24,000 nucleotides of DNA, taken from the NCBI GenBank assembly GCA_024654565.1, contig JANLHM010000005.1:223647-247646 (forward strand). The letters are read 5' to 3'. Source of the stretch: Nanobdellota archaeon. Its GTDB lineage: Archaea; Nanobdellota; Nanobdellia; Pacearchaeales; GW2011-AR1. A program made the translations under genes and the position numbers. Each line of letters starts with the position of its first letter. Positions within the stretch are counted from its first letter, which is position 1. Of the stretch, positions 16,073 through 22,804 are shown one piece after another. The notes beneath the pieces were generated by a model that was given only the letters and a program-made list of their open reading frames with translations, searched no databases and had not been told where the DNA came from.

Positions 16073-17428
16073 TTAATTCGAAGAAAGATTGGCAATTTTT
16101 ATTACTTCAAGTTCGAACTGATTTTTTACTTTTTCAATGAATTCTTCTTCATCTTCCAATCCAATCATGCATCCTGCAGCGGAATGGTGCCCCCCCACTT
16201 CCCCTTCAAAAGACTCCATCACATTAGAAAGCATTTCTCTTAAGTTTCTTCCCGTTTTTCCTACGTTTCTTCCCGAGACTTTTATTTTATTTTGCCCATC
16301 ATAACTCATTCCAATTATTGCGGTTCCATTTTCATAAGTTTTTGAATTTGCCAGAATGCTTGAAATTGTTCCAATCATCGTGTCTTTTACTTTGTCTTTT
16401 GTGTTTATTATTACATATCCTTTTCCAACAACTTTCTTTTGTTCATTTACACGTTTTATTCCCAAAACGAGTTCTTGCCGATATTTAGTGTGTATTGATT
16501 CAGCTTTCTTTTTTGAGTTAAAATTTTCAAGACAGAATCCCAAAGCAATTTCAGGTTTTCCTTCCCTTGAACAAGCGTTTATTTTAGCAGAAATTTCTCT
16601 TGCATCTTCAAGCTTTCCAAAAAAATTAACTAAAAAAAGGTCTCCAATCAGGTCTTTATCTTTTTTTCCAGGGGTTTTAAGAACAATTGAAGTCACAAGG
16701 TTTTTCATTTCCTCTTCTGTTAAATCTATGAGGTTTTTGTATTTTCCCTTTTCTGGAGCAATTCCTGACTCTCTTAGAAGATCTATTACTCCCTCCATAT
16801 TTCCTGTTACTCCTGGGATAAAAGGGTTTGAAGAAAATTCAAGTACTCTATTTAATGGTCTTGTTGAGGGGTAAATCAAGAGACCCCTTTTTCTTAATAT
16901 GTTTCCGTCATCAAGAATTGAGTTATTTAATCGATCGATTTCTTTTTCAAGGGTGTCTCCCACCATTCCCAAAATTGCAAGTTTTGCAGAATCTTTATTT
17001 CTTTCATCTATTTTTTTACAAAAAAGGTATGTTAATCCCGCTGAAGAAATTTTCTCTTTTTTTGTTAGTTCGGGGTTTATTATTTCAACATTTTCAGGGA
17101 TGTTTTCTGAATCTATCTCATGGTGGTCAATTATAAAGACTTTTTTTATTCCTGATTTTTTTATTTCCTTAAGGCTTCCCGAGGCAAGGTCCATGAATAA
17201 CACCACTTTCTTTTTGTCTAAAGATTCAATTATTTCTTTGTTTAAACTTTTTACGATTCTTAGTGAAAATTTTTTATCAAGTCTTTTTAATGCCCTGGTC
17301 ATTATTGCAGCGGAAGTTATGCCGTCAGTATCAAAGTGACTCACTACCTCTAAATTATTTCCAGTCAGACTCCCAAGAAAAGAATCCGCGACTTTTTCCA
17401 ATACCTCTTCTAATTTATAGTTTTTCAT
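16073..17428 (-). CDS. DHH/DHHA1 family phosphoesterase, archaeal RecJ-like nuclease
   Basis: VSHFDTDGITSAAIM, VLFMDLASG, FIIDHHE, LGMVGDT and C-terminal GEVGGHHSAAGC motifs. Confidence 0.92.
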   Translation of the reverse strand: MKNYKLEEVLEKVADSFLGSLTGNNLEVVSHFDTDGITSAAIMTRALKRLDKKFSLRIVKSLNKEIIESLDKKKVVLFMDLASGSLKEIKKSGIKKVFIIDHHEIDSENIPENVEIINPELTKKEKISSAGLTYLFCKKIDERNKDSAKLAILGMVGDTLEKEIDRLNNSILDDGNILRKRGLLIYPSTRPLNRVLEFSSNPFIPGVTGNMEGVIDLLRESGIAPEKGKYKNLIDLTEEEMKNLVTSIVLKTPGKKDKDLIGDLFLVNFFGKLEDAREISAKINACSREGKPEIALGFCLENFNSKKKAESIHTKYRQELVLGIKRVNEQKKVVGKGYVIINTKDKVKDTMIGTISSILANSKTYENGTAIIGMSYDGQNKIKVSGRNVGKTGRNLREMLSNVMESFEGEVGGHHSAAGCMIGLEDEEEFIEKVKNQFELEVIKIANLSSN

Positions 17429-17456
17429 TTTCTACAGATAAAACAGGAAACTTTTA

Positions 17457-17810
17457 TTATCTTCCTTCAATTCCAAAATACTTTTTCAGTTTTCTTAACT
17501 GTGAAAAAACTCTGTCTTTTTCCCTCTTTGCTCTCTTATCCTGCTTATTTTTTTCATAATGCTTTTGAATTTTTTTGAGTTTTTCACCTACATTTTTCAT
17601 ATCGGGGTTTTCATATGAGTCTCCAAGAATATTTGAAATCTTTCCTGAATATTCTTTTGGATGAATCCCTTCTTTTCTTAGTTTTTGACCAATCTTTTCA
17701 GAAGTTAATCCTTCTTTTCCTAATTTTTTAACTCTTTCTTCAAACTCTTTTTGAGTTAATTTTTCTTTTTCCTTCGATTTTTCCTTTTCCTTCGGGTTCT
17801 TTTTTGCCAT
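17457..17810 (-). CDS. rps15: 30S ribosomal protein uS15
   Basis: LGKEGLTSEKIGQKLRKEGIHPKEYSGKISNIL...LRKLKKYF; immediately upstream of the RecJ-like gene. Confidence 0.9.
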   Translation of the reverse strand: MAKKNPKEKEKSKEKEKLTQKEFEERVKKLGKEGLTSEKIGQKLRKEGIHPKEYSGKISNILGDSYENPDMKNVGEKLKKIQKHYEKNKQDKRAKREKDRVFSQLRKLKKYFGIEGR

Positions 17811-17934
17811 GATAATTATCTGTCAAGTTCTTTTTTAAAGCTTTGGGGCTTTTTTAAGTTTTATTTTTTGGGTTTTGGACTGACAATAATCTTTAAATAG
17901 ATTTTTTTGGTGTCTTTTTTACACCTTTCAATAT

Positions 17935-18006
17935 GCGGAGGTGGCACAATGGTACTGCGTTCGCCTGCAGAGCGAATTTTCGTGGGTTCGATTCCCACCC
18001 TCCGCT
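17935..18006 (+). tRNA. tRNA-Cys (anticodon GCA)
   Basis: GCGGAGG TG GCA CAATGGTAC TGC G TTCGC CTGCAGA GCGAA TTTTC GTGGG TTCGATT CCCAC CCTCCGC T; all stems pair and discriminator U73 fits tRNA-Cys. Confidence 0.95.
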
Positions 18007-18069
18007 TTATGTCACTTGCTAGTGATAATTAACCAAACATTTAAATATTCTTTTTTTTCATCTATATTT

Positions 18070-19101
18070 ATGAATAATAAACTTGAAATTGAACTTTTTA
18101 ATAAAGTTCAAGATTTAGACGACCTTGGAAAGGACTTTTCTTTAGAGGACTCTTTGTTAATTGTTTCAGGGGTTGACTCAGTAAAAAAATTGAAAAGATG
18201 CAAGAAAAAAATCGGGAAACTCCATTCTTTGTATAAGAATTATTCTGGAGAAGGAACAGATTTCGAGAGAGCAAAATTACTTTTCAAATTTCTTTGGAAA
18301 GGAAAGTATGACCTCTATCTTGAAGGGAATCATCCTGATGATTTTAATGTTAGAAGATTAGATAGGGCTGTTGAAAAAGCAATTTTAAGAAAAGACAATT
18401 CTATTGGAAATTGCGTCGGATTGACTAATCTTGGAGCGATTTTGGGTTTAAGAGAAGGATTAAAGTTTTGTTCTTTGATTTTTCCAGATCATGTCGCTTT
18501 ATCTTTAAGGAATAAAAGAAAACGTATTAATCTTGATTTGACTAGTGAAGATGAAGGGTTTAATTTTAAATATTCAAATAAGGATAAAAAGAATATGTCA
18601 GAAAAAAGAATTGAATATCTTTTGCCAATTTTAATTGGTGAAAAATCAAATTCAAAAGCATTTTTTGGAGATTATAAAAATTCTTTTAAGTATGCACAGA
18701 AAGCATTTGAAATTACGGATGATAAGGATTTTTTTAGTTTACTTGGTTGGCTGAGCCTTAATACAAAAAATTTTGTCAAATCCAGAGAGTATAATGAAAA
18801 ATCAATAAACTTCAATAAAAGAGATCCTATCCCTTATTTAAACAATTCCGTTGCCTTGATGAAAGTGGAGAAATACAAAAAGGCATTAAAAAATATTAAC
18901 ATTGGAATTAATATTGATCCGAAAGACTCTGTTTCTTATCTTTATAGGGCAGATTTGCATTTCAGGATGTCAAATTATGAAAAATCTTTGAAAGATTATC
19001 AAAAGGCATTGTCTATCAAAGATGAAGAATTTGGAAAAGGAGATTTAGAATTTGCAAAAAGAAGGATTAAGAGGATAAAGAGAAAATTAAATAGGGACTA
19101 A
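18070..19101 (+). CDS. SirB1/transglutaminase-like domain plus TPR repeats
   Basis: NSIGNCVGLTNLGAILGLREGLKFCSLIFPDHVAL, followed by TPR units YLNNSVALMKVEKYKKALKNINIGINIDPKDSVSYLYRADLHFRMSNYEKSLKDYQKAL. The track ORF begins inside tRNA-Cys; the ATG at 18070 is the realistic start. Confidence 0.65.
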   Translation: MNNKLEIELFNKVQDLDDLGKDFSLEDSLLIVSGVDSVKKLKRCKKKIGKLHSLYKNYSGEGTDFERAKLLFKFLWKGKYDLYLEGNHPDDFNVRRLDRAVEKAILRKDNSIGNCVGLTNLGAILGLREGLKFCSLIFPDHVALSLRNKRKRINLDLTSEDEGFNFKYSNKDKKNMSEKRIEYLLPILIGEKSNSKAFFGDYKNSFKYAQKAFEITDDKDFFSLLGWLSLNTKNFVKSREYNEKSINFNKRDPIPYLNNSVALMKVEKYKKALKNINIGINIDPKDSVSYLYRADLHFRMSNYEKSLKDYQKALSIKDEEFGKGDLEFAKRRIKRIKRKLNRD

Positions 19102-19480
19102 ACCGAGCAGTTTAGCACACCCCTTGCTCCCCGCTTAATTTATTTTGAAATTTTTGTTTTTTAGGAATAATCTTTTATATTTCACAAATTTAATTTAATT
19201 AGGGGACTTGGTGATTTTAATTGGGAAGAAGGAGTTTTTATGCAAGACCAAATTCGGAATTTTTCCTAAGAAGGGGACATTCAAGTCTGCATTGTTTTTA
19301 GCATTCCTAAAGAAAGTATGAGGATTTCTCTTGAAAGTGGGGAATACGAAATTTAGAAGGTGAAAGACAAGGGGCATAATATAAATGTTGAAGAGGAGTA
19401 TTTTAATCAACCAATAATCTTTTATAGGAAAGTTAAGGCAGAATAGTATTCACAGTCATTTCAAGATTGTAGAAGTGGCA

Positions 19481-19513
19481 GGTCGGTTCCGAATCACGGC
19501 GGGACCGATCACC
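19481..19513. other. Strong GC-rich stem-loop of unknown function
   Basis: GGTCGGTTCC gaatcacggc GGGACCGATC: 10 consecutive pairs (two G-U) in an AT-rich intergenic interval. Confidence 0.55.
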
Positions 19514-19542
19514 TTTCAAAACCCAGGATTGAAAAAACAAAA

Positions 19543-19956
19543 ATGACAGTTTATTCAAAAAAAATAACAATTCACACTAAGGAAAGAATACAGTTTGTAA
19601 AAGTCACAGATTTAATCCGTCAGTCAGTAAAGGAATCAGGAGTTCAAGATGGAATTGTTTTAATTAACTCCATGCACATCACTTCTTCAATTTTTATTAA
19701 TGACGATGAAAAAGGTCTTATTCGGGATTTTGAAATTTGGCTTGAAAGGCTTGCCCCAAAAGATTTCCCTTACAACCATAATAAAACTGGGGAAGACAAT
19801 GGATATTCGCACCTTTGGAGAACTATCATGGGTCGTGAGGCGGTTGTTTCTGTTCAAAATTTTGAACTTGAACTTGGAAAATGGGAAGAAATTTTTTATG
19901 GAGAATTTGATGGTCAAAGAGAAAAAAAGATTTTAATAAAAGTTTTAGGGGAATAA
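19543..19956 (+). CDS. YjbQ/UPF0047 family protein
   Basis: INSMHITSSIFINDDEKGLIRDFEIWLERLAP..FPYNHNKTGEDNGYSHLWRTIMG...LELGKWEEIFYGEFDGQREKKILIKVLG fits this family throughout. Confidence 0.9.
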   Translation: MTVYSKKITIHTKERIQFVKVTDLIRQSVKESGVQDGIVLINSMHITSSIFINDDEKGLIRDFEIWLERLAPKDFPYNHNKTGEDNGYSHLWRTIMGREAVVSVQNFELELGKWEEIFYGEFDGQREKKILIKVLGE

Positions 19957-20067
19957 CCTTTCATTTTATTTTTGTCTTTTTATAATTAATAAAACTTATT
20001 ACTCTCCGTCGATAAATCTGAATATTTTTTCATATGACGATTTTAAACTTTTCAAAAAATAAAAGAA

Positions 20068-20075
20068 TATATAAA
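20068..20075 (+). promoter_or_regulatory. Putative TATA box for the 29-aa basic peptide gene
   Basis: TATATAAA in the intergenic region, 75 nt upstream of the ATG at 20150. Confidence 0.4.
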
Positions 20076-20149
20076 CAAAAAACTCATCTTTTTTTTGCCG
20101 TAATAAAATTAAGCATAGCTTAATGGCATAAATTAAACTGAGGTGATAA

Positions 20150-20239
20150 ATGGTTAAAAAAAAGACTCCGACAAAGACTGTTCGTAAGACTGCCCCTAAG
20201 AAGGCTCCTAGGAAGTCCCCTACGAAAAAATCTAAATAA
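20150..20239 (+). CDS. 29-aa polybasic peptide (not in the supplied ORF track)
   Basis: MVKKKTPTKTVRKTAPKKAPRKSPTKKSK* preceded by a strong Shine-Dalgarno GAGGTGAT at 20140-20147 and a plausible upstream promoter. Confidence 0.6.
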   Translation: MVKKKTPTKTVRKTAPKKAPRKSPTKKSK

Positions 20240-20392
20240 TTTTTAGGTTAATTCTTTAAGTCTGTTAGTTGGAGAATTCGATTTTTTATTTTTTTATTTT
20301 TTTTCACTTTTATAGTTTTTTGTTTCAATGGGATGTTTTAACAATCCTTTTAAAGTACTATTTTTTCATATTTTTGTAATCTAAGTTTATAT

Positions 20393-20465
20393 GGCTCTGT
20401 AGCTCAGTGTTTAGAGCGCTGCTCTCATGAGGCAGAGGTCGGGAGTTAAATTCTCCCCAGAGCCA
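20393..20465 (+). tRNA. tRNA with CAT anticodon (elongator Met-type, or Ile2 if C34 is modified)
   Basis: GGCTCTG TA GCTC AGTGTTTA GAGC G CTGCT CTCATGA GGCAG AGGTC GGGAG TTAAATT CTCCC CAGAGCC A; all four stems pair. D-loop has T at position 19 and T-loop has A at position 56. Confidence 0.92.
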
Positions 20466-20548
20466 TTTTTATTAGTTGTTTAATTTTTAAAAAAAGAGTA
20501 TAAGAATTTTGCAGATTTTTTATTTTTAAAACCCTAATAATGAAATTT

Positions 20549-20755
20549 TTATTTAACTTCAAGCTTTTTTGCGTCTTTTTCTTTCTGGTTTATGAATCTT
20601 GAAAGGTATCCAGCCATTTTATTTCTCATTTTTTTTGAGGGCATTTCTTGTCCGAGGATGGATTTATTTCTTTCAAAGTCATCATGAAATTCTATTCCAT
20701 TTTCCATAAGCTCTTGTGAAGCTCTTTTGACTTGTTTTGATTTTATCTTTCCCAT
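20549..20755 (-). CDS. rps17e: 30S ribosomal protein eS17
   Basis: MGKIKSKQVKRASQELMENG..FHDDFERNKSILGQEMPSKKMRNKMAGYLSRF matches the S17e signature. Confidence 0.92.
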   Translation of the reverse strand: MGKIKSKQVKRASQELMENGIEFHDDFERNKSILGQEMPSKKMRNKMAGYLSRFINQKEKDAKKLEVK

Positions 20756-20813
20756 CCAAATCAGTATAAAAGGTCTTTTTTAAATCTTATGTCTCTTAAG
20801 ACTAATCCAAAAG

Positions 20814-20820
20814 TTTATAA
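20814..20820 (+). promoter_or_regulatory. Putative TATA box for RNase P RNA
   Basis: TTTATAA centred about 26 nt upstream of the predicted P1 5' strand. Confidence 0.5.
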
Positions 20821-20842
20821 CTTCTTAATTCTCCACACTTTA

Positions 20843-21165
20843 GTAAGTCGGGGAGCTGACTTTCGGGACTTTAGTGTTAAATCACAAAGAAATGAATTAT
20901 GATTTCTAAGTTCTGAGGAAGGTCCGCCCATCACTAAAAACCACTTTCCGAAAGGGAAGTTCCTGTGAAGGAAAGCTCTTGCTACAGAAACGCCACAGCC
21001 GTTTTTGAGTTATGACTCGTGAGATGAACTAGGAAGAAACGGATTTGATGAAACGAGCACCTTGGTTGATGCAAAGGTAACTTAAGTGTATGCCTGCTTA
21101 GTCGAATGTCAGCATGTTTGGTCTGATTAACAGCAAACAACAGAAGGTGGCCTACCCTGACTTAC
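20843..21165 (+). ncRNA. rnpB: RNase P RNA (archaeal type)
   Basis: P1: GTAAGTCGGG (20843-20852) pairs with CCTGACTTAC (21156-21165). CR-I-like GAGGAAGGTCCGCC and CR-V-like ACAGAAGGTGGCCTA form P4 with the universal bulged U (GG-U-CCGCC against GGUGGCC). Internal CTACAGAAACG, GATGAAACG and GATGCAAAGGTAAC segments resemble conserved core elements. Confidence 0.88.
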
Positions 21166-21310
21166 GTTTTCCACCTCAAACAAGTTTGATGCTCGTCGAC
21201 GCAGTCACTTCGCATAAAGGTGGCCTACCCTGACTTACGTTTTCCACCTCAAACAAGTTTGATGCTCGTCGATGCAGTCACTTCGCATAAAGGTGGCCTA
21301 CCCTGACTTA
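21144..21310 (+). repeat. 73-bp tandem repeat, 2.3 copies, overlapping and extending the rnpB 3' end
   Basis: Copies at 21144-21216 and 21217-21289 differ at one base (C21200 versus T21273). A third partial copy, aaggtggcctaccctgactta, is at 21290-21310. Confidence 0.97.
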
Positions 21311-21532
21311 TTTTTTTAAAATTGTTTTAAGGTCCACAATGAGTCGTGTGAGACTTTTTTTCTCTCTTTCTTCAAATTCAGAAAATTCGAATTTGTTTAT
21401 TGAGTCCCTGTGAATTCTTATATCATCTACCACATCAAGTATATTTTTCCCAAGTACTTCTTCAGAAGGGTTGTCACTTCTTTTTACTTTATATCCCCCG
21501 TATTCTCTATTGTAAAAATAAATTACATCCAC
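21308..21532 (-). CDS. Hypothetical protein, 74 aa
   Basis: MDVIYFYNREYGGYKVKRSDNPSEEVLGKNILDVVDDIRIHRDS...; stop codon overlaps the last repeat copy; no family recognised. Confidence 0.45.
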   Translation of the reverse strand: MDVIYFYNREYGGYKVKRSDNPSEEVLGKNILDVVDDIRIHRDSINKFEFSEFEEREKKSLTRLIVDLKTILKK

Positions 21533-21572
21533 GATTAATATAGGAATTTAGTTTTTATAAATATTTATCTTA

Positions 21573-21627
21573 TTTTAAAATAACTTTTTCTAAAATAACC
21601 TTTTCTAAAAATACCTTTTCCTAAAAG
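21573..21627 (+). repeat. Degenerate 15-16 nt tandem array
   Basis: Successive units ttttaaaataac / tttttctaaaataacc / ttttctaaaaatacc / ttttcctaaaag. Confidence 0.65.
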
Positions 21628-21645
21628 TGGGAATGGGGGGAGTCG
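21621..21645 (-). pseudogene. Duplicated 3' fragment of tRNA-Phe
   Basis: ctaaaagtgggaatggggggagtcg (21621-21645) is identical to 21719-21743, the 3' end of tRNA-Phe plus 7 nt of flank. Confidence 0.93.
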
Positions 21646-21725
21646 GTTTCGGAAAGCAAGTTCCTCACAACATTTTCTTTAGAAAGAAAACATAAACCCC
21701 GAGAGGTTCGACTAATCTCTAAAAG

Positions 21726-21797
21726 TGGGAATGGGGGGAGTCGAACCCCCCACACCATGATCTTCAGTCATGTGCTCTCCCGCTGAGCTACACTCCC
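21726..21797 (-). tRNA. tRNA-Phe (anticodon GAA)
   Basis: GGGAGTG TA GCTC AGCGGGA GAGC A CATGA CTGAAGA TCATG GTGTG GGGGG TTCGACT CCCCC CATTCCC A; all stems pair. Confidence 0.96.
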
Positions 21798-21893
21798 TTA
21801 CTAAATTTAAAGCGCGGGTTCTTTTTTAAAGTTTATTGAATCCTGTTTTATCAGAACTTTTATAAATAACCAGTTCTTTTGTAAATAAAGAAG

Positions 21894-22193
21894 ATGGTGG
21901 TAAAAAAAGTTTCTAAAATGGATCTCTCAAGAAAAAAGGAATCGGATTTACCTTATGGATTAATTTCTTATATTTTGGGAATTGTTGCGATTGTTGAAGC
22001 AATCTTTTCACCTTTTATCGGGATAATTTTTGCAATAATTGGTCTTACCCTCTCAAGAAAAGAAATTTCTTCATTGGCGTTGAAAGCAAAAAAATTGAAC
22101 ACAATTGCATTGATTGTGGGAATAGTCGTTTTAATAATTTATTTAATTTTTTTGGTGGTGTTTGACGCAAATCAGATAATGGGAGGACTTTAA
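21894..22193 (+). CDS. Small membrane protein, DUF4190-like, two transmembrane helices
   Basis: YGLISYILGIVAIVEAIFSPFIGIIFAIIGLTLSRKE...LNTIALIVGIVVLIIYLIFLVV. Confidence 0.6.
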   Translation: MVVKKVSKMDLSRKKESDLPYGLISYILGIVAIVEAIFSPFIGIIFAIIGLTLSRKEISSLALKAKKLNTIALIVGIVVLIIYLIFLVVFDANQIMGGL

Positions 22194-22196
22194 AAA

Positions 22197-22760
22197 ATGA
22201 AAAAGATAAATTCTAAGGGTGCGATGGAAATGTCTGTTGGGACTATTGTCACAATTGTTTTACTTATGAGTGTTTTAGTTCTTGGACTCTTCTTTGTTCA
22301 GAGGATTTTTCAATCAGGTGAAAATGCATTGGAATCAATTGACAGTCAGGTTCAAAATGAGATAAACCAGTTGTTTTCAGATGACAGTAAAAGGGTTGTG
22401 ATTTTTCCAACCTCAAGAGAAGTTGTAATAAAGAAGGGAGGGTCAACTTCTAAAGGTTTTGCATTTTCAGTTTATAATAATGACAATTCTCAGGCTTCAT
22501 TTACCTATACTATTAAAGCTGGAGAAATTGGAAACTCTTGTGGCGAAAGCATGACTCTTCAAAAAGCAGATTCATACCTTGAGATTGGTTCAGAAGGAAG
22601 CTTTAGCCTTGGACCTTCAAGTTCACTTGAAAGTGCACGTATTGTTAAGTTCATAATTCCAGAAAGTGCGCCTTCTTGCATTATTTCTTATGAGTTAGAA
22701 GTTATGAGGAATACCCAAGTTTATGACAGTGTACAAGTTCCCTTGGAGATTATTGGATAA
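22197..22760 (+). CDS. Single-pass exported/membrane protein with N-terminal helix (pilin-like architecture)
   Basis: MKKINSKGAMEMSVGTIVTIVLLMSVLVLGLFFVQRIF followed by a hydrophilic beta-rich region with paired Cys; starts 3 nt after the preceding gene ends. Confidence 0.55.
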   Translation: MKKINSKGAMEMSVGTIVTIVLLMSVLVLGLFFVQRIFQSGENALESIDSQVQNEINQLFSDDSKRVVIFPTSREVVIKKGGSTSKGFAFSVYNNDNSQASFTYTIKAGEIGNSCGESMTLQKADSYLEIGSEGSFSLGPSSSLESARIVKFIIPESAPSCIISYELEVMRNTQVYDSVQVPLEIIG

Positions 22761-22804
22761 GTTTACTCCTAAATTTTTTTAAACCACTTGCACCTATCAA
22801 TAGG

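Noticed and set aside
16356-16874. 172-aa plus-strand ORF
   Set aside because: Lies entirely antisense to the well-supported RecJ-like gene; Ser/Phe-rich composition is typical of shadow frames.
17941-18069. Track ORF start within tRNA-Cys
   Set aside because: The first 43 residues are the tRNA and intergenic DNA read in frame; the ATG at 18070 is the sensible start.
19107-19140. GAGCA...TGCTC segment considered as a tRNA remnant
   Set aside because: Only one short stem; no T-arm or acceptor pairing can be built.
19195-19410. 71-aa minus-strand ORF in the unexplained interval
   Set aside because: F/N/K-rich, no recognisable domain, no clear start context; likely the complement of the decayed plus-strand frames.
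21144-21310. Possible CRISPR array (direct repeats at regular 73-bp spacing)
   Set aside because: The intervening 52-nt segments are almost identical rather than unique spacers, and there are no cas genes; it is a tandem duplication.
21646-21668. Resemblance of gtttcggaaagcaagttcctcac to rnpB ctttccgaaagggaagttcctgtg
   Set aside because: Similarity is short and gapped with no flanking match; could be chance.
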